A stretch of 64,000 nucleotides of DNA, from assembly GCF_000143415.4 (NCBI RefSeq), contig NW_003314369.1:496001-560000 (forward strand). Direction: 5' to 3'. A model generated the notes under the pieces. That model worked only from the letters and a program-made list of their open reading frames with translations. It was not told the origin of the DNA and did not search any database. A program made the position numbers and the translations under genes. Positions 1 through 13,514 of this stretch are shown here, in pieces; within the stretch, counting starts at the first letter, position 1; every line of letters starts with the position of its first letter. Origin of the DNA: Selaginella moellendorffii. Taxonomy: Eukaryota > Plantae > Lycopodiophyta.

Positions 1-3000
1 AGGTTCTTAATCCACCTCTTTGACTGTTCCTGTAATCGCCCAAACCTTCCTTTCAGAAAAAAGGAAGACAATGAATGACATTCTGCTTACCTGCGGATCG
101 ATCATCAAGGGCCATCTATTACTTCGCATGACGACTACACCGTTCTCTGTAGAGAACGAATCTGCGGGAAGGCCTTGAATGTTCCATTCTCGAACATCGC
201 CAGCATTGGCTAGAAAGTTGCAGAAGTTAAAATCTGCCGAGGAAGGAATCTCTAGCTTCACGACCTGCATCAAAAAAGAGAGAGCCATTAACGTCACACC
301 AAGCGGCAATTCACGAGGCCAACCTCAGCCATCCATGTTTTGTTCACAAGCTCATCTCGATATTCGGACGAGAAAGGTCCAGCATACGATAGAAACGCCG
401 CCGCAACAAGACAATCTCCAGGGAGCTTACTTATTTGCTCTTCAAAAGATTTGATGGATGCTTCCCACCTATCTTTCTCGCCAGCCAAACCATTCACGAG
501 CTTTTCAGCTCGTATAAGTTTCACCTATTAGACAACAGGAAGAATGAGGTAAATGCTTTGCAAAATGTCTCAATAGGCACCTCGAGGTCGTCTGCTTCCC
601 GCTGAAGCGTCTCTTTCGTGTTCATTGACTTGTCATACTTGTCTTTCAGAACCTGGAGCTTCATTCTCACTTCTTCCAAGGTGTTCCTGCGTAGATACAA
701 GAATACGTTAGAGTCAAACAGAAACGCAATATAGAGTTACCTCGCAGCTTGCAAAGCGTCCATTTGTTTCTTCAGTGCGTCTTGAGCAGATTTTAGTTTC
801 GCCTTTTTGGGAGCCACTTCTTTGGCAACGTGGCCATATGACTCCATGGCACGGACCTGTAACGTAAAAGTTTAGTCTATCCATCGCTTTAGAGTTCCCG
901 TCAGACATTACCCAAAGGCAAAGACCGCGAGCAGCCCCTGAGACTTTCCCGATGATGTCAGGAGTGAAGTCGGGATTTGCAGTATACTTGTTGATCTTTT
1001 TTAACAGCGCATCGACCTGAAGAGAACATTCAATAGACGTCACCAAATGCAAGAATGCACTCACAAGTTGGTCTTTGTCATATTTCAGAAGATTTGTGAG
1101 GAATTGTGAGTCTCCGAGTTGCTTTTTTGCCTCGTCCCAGGTCGGGGGTTTTTTCAGCACTGTCATGACAGCTCCCAACGTCAACTCCACCAAAGCTGGT
1201 GGTTTCGCATATGCCTTCACTTCGCTAAGATCTTTCTTGGTCAAGACATTCAGCGCTTCTTCTGCAGCCATTAGTGCTGGCATAGCTTTATCGAGGTCTT
1301 GCTGACAATCAGAAGCGATTGCGTTGCATATCTTTGCCTCTTTCTCAATCTTAGCTGCTTCTTCATTGACCTGATGGAATCAAACGTCTAGACAAGAACA
1401 TTTTCTTCACCATTACTCACTTGTTTTTCTTGATCATCGATAACACGTTTTTCTTGCACAATCTCCACAAGAATTTCCTCACAGTCCTTCTTTGCTTGTG
1501 CCACAATAACCTTTTTATCCTGGCAGACAATTTGCAATGCTGCCACTTGTTCCCGTGTCTCATTCAAAGTATGAAGACCGCCACGTAGTTTTGCAGCGTT
1601 ATCAGCCAGCTGCTTCTTCTTTTCAGCAATAAGCTTTCGATATCTGGTGGAACAGCGACATTAGAATTTATGCGAAAAGGAGATCATACCCTTTAGCAAA
1701 CTCAAGGTAACTTGTTGGTGTGACATAGTTCCTCCTTTTGAGCTGCGCATACATTTTTGTCGATATAATAATCACTGATTTGTGAATGATCACAAATATC
1801 TTGCAGATATTTGTCTTCACTGCAGCAGCAACATTTTCCTCATCGGCCATCAGCTTTATAGCGACTTCATGAAGAGCGTCTTCAGGCCAATCCAGAAACC
1901 TGCAGTTCGACCCAGATTAGTATTCCAGAACTTGAAAATTTAAGCCTTACCAGTCAATTGTTGTACAATTCACCAGGCCTGGAAACATCATAAGTCTTCT
2001 GTGGAAGGCTCCACTAACAGGACTTAAACAGAGAGCGACATGAAGACTTGCTCGAGCTCGCTCAATGAAGAATGCATAAAGCTCGTCGTCAGTTTCACCA
2101 GCGTTTTCTTTTTTTGCAATGGGACGAATTGAATCAAAAACTGTTGACAAGTCGTCCTTTGTGAACAAATTAGGAACCTGCGTTAAAACCAGGCACCCTC
2201 AAGACGGATGAGAAATGACATATCAATCAAATACCTCTCCCGAGCTCAAAATGTTGTTAATATCCTCAAGGAATGTTTCCACCACAACTTGAGTATCGTC
2301 AAACAAGAACACAACCGGCATCTTGTTTTCGCCTAGACCAGCTTGTTGATACAGAACTTTAAGATCGTCGTGAAACTGTACCGAGCCGTAGTTTTTCACA
2401 ACGTGTATAGTGAACACCTGAAAAATTTATCAAAGTCACAATGGTAGCAATACACCAAGAGCACGCACGAACCTTCATATCCGCAATAAAAGCCGATAGT
2501 CTAGTAAGACACTTTCTTCCACTGCCGCCAACTCCAACCAGGAGTATGTTACCTCTCGGCTGCTTTAAGACTCTGTGGATTCGACATACGTGCTCCATTG
2601 CATCGCGAAAGAGCACCTGAAAACAAAGAACTGTTAGCCAGATGAAGGGTCATTAACAGGCAGAAATACCAAATCCATTCCAACAGCGCCTGGCTGCAAT
2701 TTGCACTCCTCCAAATATTCCTCCAGGTTTTCTTTTAAAATTGGAAAGCTTGGAATAGGCTCGTATATGAGCTCCTCCCCGGGTTGCATGCAACTTGTAA
2801 ACACGGGAACCTGGTCTCCAAACAAGCTTTTCCACTCGGTACTGAAGTTATTTTTGAGCTTTTGATCTAGTTGGTCCTGGGGTGAGCTCAATGCATGTGT
2901 CAGTAAAACAGTGAGTTTATAACACACTACAAAATCACCTGAAGCCATGCTTTGTCCCCTTTGTCCCACATTCTATCACCATAAACCCGGAAGCACTCGT

Positions 3001-6000
3001 GGCAAAACAACTGCAACATTATGTCCTTGCTGACGTACAAGGCTTTGTTGGCCTGAAGTAGCCCTTGGATAACCTGTATTAAAACAAAACGTGAGTTTAC
3101 AAGGAAGAACAAAATCCTGAAGTACCTTCGCAAGGTCACGCATGTTAAAAACATAATGACTTTTGCTCGGTATAGGCAGCAGCTCCTGGCATATATTGTT
3201 GTGCAGCTCGATACACGTGTTGATCAAATTATCACCCAGAAGCCTTGCTTCATCCTCAAAAGTTAAAAGTTTTGCAGTAAGAATAGCTCCGAAAATACGC
3301 TTCATTTGTTGGTCATTCGGAGTTGTCAGGTTCACCTACATAAAAAAGATCAGTTGCAGGCCAGTAAAAAGAAAATACAAACCTTACCAGTGAGAAACAG
3401 GCTTGAACGCGCTGAGAAATAAAGTTCCGACCACCACCAGGTGGAGCCATGGCAGCAAGCAATTGCATATCCTTAACATGCTTCACCTCTTGCTTTTGAC
3501 GATCGTACCAGAAACCATTGTCCATCCAGAGTTTTAGGAGTTCCAATGGCGGTATAAAACCGAACTGTAAGGATGATCAGTGAGCGATGTTAAGCCAAAT
3601 CCTTGCATGTGTACCTGACTCTTCTTAGGCATATTGAAGTCATCCAGGTAACAGACTAGCCGCTTTCCGCCAGCGGGGGCAAACACTCCTTTGGTTCTCT
3701 TCTCGAGCCTACCTTCAATGGTATCCTGAAGGCACAAAGATTAAGCTACGTTAGCATGATATGTGACAAACCTGTAAGCTGTTTGAAGAAGTCTGTGCAG
3801 AAAAGTTGATGATCATCGGACCAAAGCCTTCTGGAAGGGCGCGCAAAACTGATTGAGAAATCAAAGTCTTTCCGACCCCTACTCTTCCAACAATCATAGA
3901 ATGCCTCCTTGCTGCCACAAGCGTTTTGATTACATAGCTTGTTCTCACCTACAGGAGAGCCACAAATATCATTTTCTACATGTTGTATATGTAGCTCCTT
4001 ACCGTGTCAACTGTTGGAACTTGAATTTTGAAAAAGGGTGCTCCCACAGGAATTTTGTACGCGGTAGACAGCTTTTCTTCCCAGGGAGTAAATCCCTTCT
4101 TCTTTGGATCCACGAAGTAGTCATACACTGTTCCAGCAGCAGGAAATCTGTCCAACAAAAAGGTAAAATATGAAGGCGGGGGAATAATCTGCGTACCTTG
4201 GATCAGAATCTCGTATGTACATGTCAAAGGCCTTCCGCCCTTCCTCGTCAACACTGGCTCCTATAGACCAGATTATGCTGAATAGGAACCAATTCTCGAT
4301 CATAGGAACGTACTGGTCTCCTTCATGTTTAGAGACACCGTTTTCAAAAGTTGCTAGTGCATCGAACAGCTTGCAGAAGCTTGCCACACCATTCAAGTTG
4401 TCAATGGCTACTGTCTCTCTGCACTTCTTTTTACGAAATGCATTTCCAGAGTCTATATACTTCTCAAGTAAACTGCGTACTGTCTTGATCAATATCTGTA
4501 CAATAAGATACGACAGTTTAGAAAACGACTGGATCTTACATGACATTAGTTATACCTGATCAGCACCAGCAGCAACTTTACGTTGTAACCATGATTCCGC
4601 AAATGGCCACCATCCCAAGTCTTCTACATTCAAATATATCATTCCTGCTCGACTCACAGTAGCCGGTGATGCTTGTGACAAGTCCTCCACTTCAAAGACC
4701 AAGGAGACCTGTATAGCAAGTTCGTTCATAAGCCCCATGGCCAAGGTAGTAAGAAAATGGATGCAAAATACATACCACGTTCGGCATAGATATACGCTCT
4801 CCGTTCAGCAGCGTAAGAATTTTGTTGTCGTCTAACAACGTATTCATAGACTCGATCCACAAGGTGTCCACCGGGCCATCGAACATCATCCACTTGTTAT
4901 CTGATGTCTCGTCAGCGCAGACGTTTCGCATAATGTTGGCAAGGACCCCGTCCACCCATTCGTTTGTCAGCTTGCTAAAAACTCCGTAGATCTCATCGTT
5001 GGATAGCGCGAGAGAGTTCATTATGTAAACGTGGACTCTCTCAAAATTCTCGACACCTTCCTTTTTGAGACGCCCGGAGGCACGCTGAAGAGCTCTCCAA
5101 GACTCTGTCTTTCCAGAGCCTGTTCGGCCTACCAACATATTTCCGTGTCTTGCCAACATGCAATCGTAGAGCTGCACAGCATTGAAACGTCAGAACAGAC
5201 CAGGAGCAAATGACAAATACCTGAATGATCTTCAAAACAAATGCGTTCACTACTTGTAACCCTTTCGCCAGCAGCTCTTGCTCCAAAGCACGCTTGAGCA
5301 CGTCGTTTTCCTTGGGTGGTAAATCGACTCCAGGGAAGAGATCCGTGAGAAGCGCGTTGAACAGTGGAATGTCTGCGTAGATAAGCTTTGGCATGATTAA
5401 GTCCCTCATAGAAGCCATAAGAATAACGTCTTCCACCATCTCGGGATCAACTCGTTTTGTTGCTCCAGCAGCTCTTGCGATTGGAATAACGAAAGACCTC
5501 AAACCGTAATCGTAATGGTCTTGCTTCGAGAGTTGTCTCTGTGAAAGCTCCATAATGGCGACCAGTTTTTTAGCCAGCGCCTGGGAGAACATAATTTGAG
5601 AACCAACACATAATATTTTAAGAAGAGCCTTTTACCTTAGCCGAGCGAAATCCCTCACTGAAAAGCATGTTTTCAGCAATGAGAGTGAAGTCAGGAACCA
5701 TCATAGAAACGGGCCGGAGCATAGCTTTTAAGTTCTCTGGCAGTTCACTACGACCGGCATATCCAGGATTCATCGTCACAAATATCCCGCATGTCTTGAT
5801 CAGGCGCATTTCAACACCTTCGAAAACAAAGCGCTTTAGTTCTGCCTTGATAGCTGCCATAACACAAGCGATCTGTGTGGCAACGACAGACAACACTTCC
5901 ACCTCAATACGATTAAACTCGTCGAGACAGGCCCAGGCTCCAGTCTGCGCTAATCCGGCAAACATCTTTCCAGTCATTTTGTAGTCAACTCCGTCTGAGC

Positions 6001-9000
6001 AGTTAAACACAATAACGTATCTGCCAAAAGCGCAAGAGGAAAAAGAGTGAAGTTTAAGCGTGCAAGCTAGTACCTAGCAAGAGCTTTTCCGAAGTCCTTG
6101 ACAGTCTCAGTTTTCCCTGTTCCTGCAGGACCTAAAGGATTTCCTCCTCGCCGGGTAAACAATGCCGCACCAAGGGTGATGTAGCATCGATCAGTCAAGG
6201 GTGTAATAACAAGTCGACCGTTGTTGCCTTGATACTCGTAACCATAAGAGAACACGGATAACACCTACAGTGGCCGTTGTTAGAAATAGAGGCGAAGGTT
6301 TGCGAAGAATTAACAACAGAACAGAGCTAGTACCTGTCTGATTGCACAGTCATCGTTCTCCCAGTAGAACCGTAGCTGAGACGCCCATTCGAAATCGTTT
6401 GGCGACGAGCAGCCAACTTTCATAAGCTTCTCAATGACATCTCGCGCATGCACTTCGATAGTAATCAGAGATGTCTGCACGGGAAGAAAACCAAGAAACA
6501 ATTTAGAGAACTCGATCAACTTCTTCAATGAATATACTTACAACTTTGTTCCGGTCGATTTTTGAAAGCCGGGAGCGAGTCATGTCTGTAAGCTTGTTTA
6601 GGTAACTCAGCCACTTTTTCATTAGTTTGCGAACTGATGTTTTGTTAGTTTCCGCTCCTGCTAGTGCCTTCTCACAATCTGCTGTCCATTTTATCTGACC
6701 CGCACTGTAGTCGATAGATTAGAACTAGTTTTGCGAGTCAGGTTGGAAGTATTACGTGATAATGCATTGTCCTGCATTTTCTTTAACCCATTTGTCTTTC
6801 TTCGCAAGTTTACTGTCCTCGAGCGCTTTTCGCAGATAAACTTTTACAGCCGTTGTCATGGCCGCTTCTACCTGTGAACAACACAACTTAGACTACCTTC
6901 AATAATGCCGGGTCAAAGCATCTTACTCTGTTAAGCCACTCCTCTGGCGGTGTGTTTAAAATGATAAGATCTGAGAAAGGAAGATATTCTCCATCCGGAG
7001 AAAATATTCCAGTCGTATCGTATTGTCGTCGTCCTTCCTCTCCTGGAGCATGCATTTCCAGCCTCTTTATTCCCTCGAAGCACTTCTTGAAATGTGGCTG
7101 TAGGTACAGCAGAGAGTGTTGGTTTAGAAAATAAAATAAAACCAACCGTTGTATGGAAACAAACCTGAACATTGCGCGGATCTTTTGCTTGACCAAGAAT
7201 CTCCAAAAGGTTATCGCTAGAAAGGAAGTAGAAGCGAGGGAATTGCTGCCGCTTCTGTTCTAGATAGTCCTCCAGTGACTTCTGGATCTTTTCCAGCTTG
7301 GCCTCCATGTCCATCAAAGACTCGAGCAAGCCTTTTACAGTAAGTGCTTTTGTGACTAGTTTGTTGACCTGAAGAGAAAAAATTAAGAGAGAAAAACAAA
7401 AAGAGAGGAAAACATACATATAAACCCTCCAATGCAGCAATGAACACTGTGTTAACTCCATCGAACATGGCAGTCTCCGCAGGCAGTTGCTTCCGAATGT
7501 CTTCAGAACCAACAAATATATTTTCCAGGTATGCCCAGGACCGTGAAACCTGTAACGAATTGGAAGCTTCGAGATAATAATCCAAATGTTTGGCTTACCT
7601 GCACCACCATCTCTATGGTTTCTGAGACAAGACTAAGAGTGCGCTCCCACTGGTTGATATCTTTCGCGAAGAACAAATGTGCCCGATTTCCCTTCATTGA
7701 AGACAAAGACACTCTATGCTCTTCTAAAACAGCAAAAACATCTTCAGTGCTTTTGAGCTTGTAAATCTGCATAAAACCAAGCGCTTTCACACAAAAAACA
7801 CAGTAAAATCATGTTTACCCTCGGAGCATCGCGATAGATTCCCATATCTAGCTCCATTGTCTCCCACACTTCTTTGATTTTTATAATGGATTCCTCTATT
7901 GCAAGCTCTTTGCTCGCCATGCTACTTAAGTCGCATATTGCTTCTCCATGTAAATCAAGACGCAACTCAGCAACCTACGAAAGACAAATACAGGAAATTA
8001 GAAGAAATTTCATGAAGAAAGTATATCTCACACCTTAGCAAGCGTGAAGGTGCTAGAATATGGATCAAATCTTTGGCCAACAGTTTCCATCAACTGCTCC
8101 CAATGTCGCAACCTCATTGCAGGATTTCTCAAGTCGACTGTAAGGGGGAGAGTTGATTTAAAAGCATCAATCGTTTCCTTGAGGTCTTGCCACACCGGCC
8201 ATCTGTTACACATTAGAGCTGAAGGTAATCTTCAAAAGCATAATCGCTTACCCTTTGGTGTCGCGTCCAATCTTGAAGACACGCTTGCTAAAGATTGACG
8301 CAGAGGACTCCATGGAGGCAGCATCAAGCTCACTGAAAAGACAATCCTTCCAACTGTCGAAGGCTTCCTGCCATTCCCGTTTGAGGAACCACATTCCCTT
8401 CAGTAGCTCCAATTCTTTAAGTGTAGCAGCATTATCTTTATTCGACAGTTTCTCCATTCCAAAAATGCTCATGCCTGCCCAAAGACTCTGCGATCGTTGC
8501 TGAAAAACTTCAACCTGCGAAGAGAAAGAGAGAGAGAGAGAAAAAAAATTAAGGTTCATGAGGCAGACGGTGTTTCAAAAAATACCTTAGCAGCCTCTTC
8601 TTCAATGAATTTTACTGCATCGGGAATAGATGTCGCCGTAGTAGTAGGATAACGATCGACAAAAGACACTCTGGTCTCCGAAACCTACAAAATTGCACCA
8701 TTAAATTGTGTCTCAAGTCCAGTTTCGTAAGGCACCTCTTTAACGAAGGTCTCCACCATCTTGCAAATAGTTTCATAGAAACCAGCCTTATACTGCTCTA
8801 GTACTCCTTCCAATTCTTGAAGCATAGTTTGAAATGCTTCCCATTCCACTGGTAAATTTTCTAGGAGCAGTTTTTCATCATCGGGTATCATAACCTGAAA
8901 AGTTTAGCTATCAATTACAAGGCGAGGCGGTTGACAGCAGCATACCTCAAACTTGAAAAGTGTATCGTACTTCTCATCTATAGGAGTGAACTTGGCTTCC

Positions 9001-12000
9001 ATGGCAGATCTTTCGTCCACCACAGCTCTCCATTCATTGACAGTTTCTGTGAGCTGATCGAGAGTCTCAGGTTTTCTTTTAAGTTGCTGCTTGTTCCTAC
9101 AAAGCACAAGCTCACTAATCTTGCGAAACAAGATATAATACTTACTTTTCCATGTACGCATAGATAGACTCCAACTCTGTTTTAGCTATCGTATTGAGCA
9201 ACGTTCTGTGCACAAACGCAAAGTTTCAAAAAAAAAACAGTCCTTTCTGTGATTGCCAGTTTCCTTACGTAAATTTGGAGACCCAGGCCACGCAATGCGA
9301 TATGATCGCTTGTTTCAAAGGACCACAGTCAATACGCAAAAATCTCAAGTTCGTTATGCCTTCTTCACCCTGTTATATACTTGACATCACGTATCCAGTC
9401 AATCAGATTGTAAAAGTATACCTGCACATCTTCCTGCAGATCTCGATACTTTACAATGTCACTTTCAAAAGCAGAAAGTGGTTTCTTTGCTCGCTCGTAC
9501 CTGCATATGAGCCTTGTAAGGTTTCCATAAAGACGAGCTCAAACCTTCGTATAAACGCGTCCTTGTCTTGGTCCCAAATGCTTCTGTATTTCTTTTCCCA
9601 GTACTGAAGGTAGTGCTGAACTTTATCAGTTATTCCAATTACACCAGCGGTGATCATCATAAGGATCTCCTCTTGATCGGGACCGATGACCTGAAGAACA
9701 CATTCTGTTAAGCTCAGAGAAATTAATGAAGAGACAAGGAACCTCATAAAAGCTAGGAAGCGCTTCTTGAAAGCTGGCTTGTTTCCTCAAACGAGGAACT
9801 ACGGAAATGACAGTGACAAGTTCTCTAGCAACGATTTGTATCATCTCCAAAAGTTCCTGCAATTTCCATAGGCAACCGTCAATCTTCCAGTGACAAAGCC
9901 TAGTCTTAGCAGACGAACCTGCACCGATGGCATAAGCTTAACGCGCCCTGTTCCTTTATCCAGTACTCCAATGGCATTAAACATTGGCGTAGAGGACTTC
10001 GTATCAGCGTTCAGAGCGTTGGATAGTTCATTCAAGGATTTTGTCACACAATTTCTTAGTGAATTTTCCATGAAGACTTCCACCTGGTATTGTAAAACTG
10101 CAAAACTGAATGCATCATTAAAAATAGAAGAGGTACCTTCTTGTTATAATCTTCCCACTTATTATGTACTTCAACCATATCGCTTGCACATTTCTTGTTA
10201 GAGAGAGCAATCGTATCTTTGATGCTGAGGTAAGCCTTCTCAAAACGGCCTCGCATGATACCGCGGTGCTCAACTTGCTTGGATGAAAACTCTGCCAAGT
10301 CATATATTCGTTTCTTGTCGATGCTGATTAACCACGAGTCACTGATCGAATTACAAATCTGATTGATCTTTCTCTTCGCCGCTCGAAAGAGCGCTGTTGA
10401 TGCAAAGAGGACATGATTTTTAAAGCGAACCTCTTGTAGAAAATGCTCGAGCTCGTGTGCAGAAGAAGTCCACGTAAGCTAAAGAAAAAAATAAACATCA
10501 GATCGCACTCGAAGAATGAATGCAACTATACCCTATCCAAGGCTGGACTGATGCTGTTTCTAAGCCGAACAACGTGCTCAGCTATTAGTCCTCCTTCTTC
10601 AGTATCCAAATTATCAATCATCTGCATGAAGAAGTTGCAATACGAGAAATTTCGAACCGCAACCGAACCTTATTACAGTCACGGATCACTATGAGAACAT
10701 TAGCTCGAAGAACGCAAAGATCTTTATTATCTTCAATGAAGCTTGTAGCTACTTCCGGGACATCCCAGCCAAGGGATTTCCAGTAATGAACCTGCTTGCA
10801 GCAAGTTAACATGCCTCATAAGCAAATGGCCTTTGAAACTAACCTCCTGGTAGATAGCAAGCAGTTGAGGATCGAACTTTAGAACGTAAAATCCATCGCC
10901 ACCATCCTCCAGCAAGCTTCTTTCAAGCCTTTTTGGAAGAAGAGGATCAACACTGGCTGTCCATTCAGCATGCTGGTTCTGTACAAACTGCACGAGAAAA
11001 AAACAGGAACAACAACATCAATTTTCGAAAAGGATTTCTTCGGTCGCATAGTACCTGTTCGATCGAAGCCATTATTTGAGAAAATTGCGTGTGAATGTCA
11101 GCAGCATCTGGAGTTTCGAGCAAATACGGCGCCGCATTGGTTAAAAGCATCATAGGCTTCTTAAGTCGACGTTGAAACTGCAAAGCCCAAGTAGCTCCAC
11201 CGGCAAATCGCGGCAAAGCATAGTCCATCAAAGGACGTCTACGAAGTTGATCGAACTGCTTCTTCATAATCATTAACTCCATACTAAATGCTTGACATAC
11301 CTGTACTTTCAGATTAGTTTTTGCCTTGCAAATGGAAAACCTCCAAATTACCTGAGATCCCATTCTGTCAACGCACTTGCATATAGATTCCCTACACGCC
11401 AGTAACTTAAATGCCTCCAGCAACTCTATGCTTTCCGGCAATGAAGACGAATGACGAAACGCGAGGGACATAATATTTTGCATCAGTACCTGTATAGAAC
11501 ACAAAGAAGGTAAACTCAGGTTTGAACTTGCATGGCTTACCTCAAGATCTTGAATCCCACTTTTAAACTTTGCAAAATCGTCGTGCCACCGTGTCACTCT
11601 CACGTCGAGCAAGTTATACGAAAGCGAGCGCAACCCCGAGACAAGTTTTTGAAATGTGTCCTGAAGCTCGAACATCGACTTGGTAATCTCTAAACCTCTT
11701 GTTCCTCCAAAGACTGGCAACTTCATTCGCGTTGAAAACTGTCTTTGCGCATCACAAACCTGCCACGGCCGAAGTTGGTTGAAACATAGTTGCAGACGTG
11801 CCATACCTCCAGCATATCCCGACACCGTTGCAGGAACGCTTCGACTGCAGCGAAAACACTTCGATCGACAAGCTCGTTGTCGTCCTTGAATTCACCATCG
11901 TGTGCCGCTGCAGCCCTCATCATGGCTACGTACATGTGCTTCCACGATTCACAGGCTTGGACGCTCTCAAGAAGAGCCTTTTTGCACTTATCCACGTCCC

Positions 12001-13344
12001 CATCAAAAATCTCTGACAGAGGGATGCCCGCAGAACACCTGCTTATTATCTCGTTACTAACCTGCAGAAGAACGTCCAGTAAGCCGCACAGTACAAAACA
12101 GTTCGTCTAAGTACCTTGGCGAAGAGACCACTAATTTTCTCATCTGTGTTATAGAACGGACTGATCTTCCAGATCATCCGGATGCACTTCAGCAACTTCG
12201 GCAGAGCAAATGGAATGTCGACAATTTTTGCTGCTCCCAGTTCCTTGCAAGGATCCTCTATCGTCACTAGGAATTTCAAGTTCTCTTCTGCAACAACAGC
12301 TTCTTGCTCGATCTTTCTAGATAAACTAGAAAACGGAGAAAGGTACGCAGATTTGAGTTTCTCAAGAATTTTCAAAATCGCAGCTACACCCTGCATTTAC
12401 CCAAGTCTGAGTATCAGAGTGACGCAACATATACATTACCGATTTAAGGAAATGCCTTCCAAGGAAGGATCAAGAATATTTACTGAATGATTTATTTGCT
12501 CCCGAATCCCACTTAAGTCGATACTACGCCGTCTCCAAAACTCCACTTCTGCTAAAGGTCCGGATATCTCCACTTCGGAGAACCGCTCCTGATTCCTAAT
12601 AACCTGGAAACCTTAAAAGAACAGTCAGTCTCATTCCATACAGATTTACCTCTTTAATCTGTCGAGTCCATCGAATCACAATGGACTCCAGTCGCTGAGC
12701 CAATTCTTTGTCAGGAGCTTGATTCCCGACGAAGTCCATCAGCCGCACCGGAGGAATGTACAAAATCGTCTGACCCTTTGCCTCGAACAAAGACTCTGTC
12801 AAAGTAGCCATGAACTTGTCAAGCTCTCCGGCAAAGTCTTTGGTGATGTTGGCTCGCAATGTGTCATCTTCCAGCATAAGTGGAAGATACATGTCCTGCA
12901 AAGAAAAACAAAACCAGAACTTTGTGCTATCGATCTGACAAACACATTCTCACCTGCATCAAGCGAAGCATTGCATCGCCCGGGCTTCCATTGATCACCT
13001 GGCACTGGACGAGCTTCTGGATGCTACGCGCTTTAAAAGGTTGCGTTGTGTCACGCATAAACACAAGAACCTATCAAAGAGGACAAGGAGAAAAACTCCC
13101 CACTCACTCTAGAATCGATCGAAATATTTCCAGAGCTTACCTCGTTCCATCTGGAAGGCAGCGTCGGCGTGCAATGAAGCTGCCCTGACGAATCCAGGTA
13201 GCAAAAGAGCCTGGAATTCTCATTCTGGTGAAGAAATCCCGAGACGATCTTCGCGTGCTCGTCGTTCCAAGCCGCCTCCGCGCCGATGAGCCGCATTTTC
13301 CTGCGCATCCACCCTACCTCCTCCTCCTCCTTCTTCCCTTCCAT
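1..13344 (-). CDS. DHC10: Axonemal inner-arm dynein heavy chain, I1/f beta type (DHC10/DNAH2-like); multi-exon, 3' part lies outside the window
   Basis: ATG at 13344. The spliced ORFs give an N-terminal tail ([27 protein letters not shown]2-like) and the linker motif [15 protein letters not shown]1 has [10 protein letters not shown] (~6110) plus [10 protein letters not shown] and [18 protein letters not shown]2 has GRTGSGKT and [18 protein letters not shown]3 [11 protein letters not shown]4 GVGGSGRK. The microtubule-binding domain reads [18 protein letters not shown]. Many ~50-nt GT-AG introns. Confidence 0.95.
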
Positions 13345-13514
13345 GGCGGACGCGGCGCGAGAGCCCGAGCTCGGGCGCTTTCATCAGAAAAACCCAGCCC
13401 TAGTTAAAATTCCGTTGAGGAAGCCAAAGAATATCCTTCATTGCGCAATGAGCATATGCCCCTCCTTTCAAACAAAGGAAGCTATCAACAAACATACAAG
13501 TTACAAATGGAACG

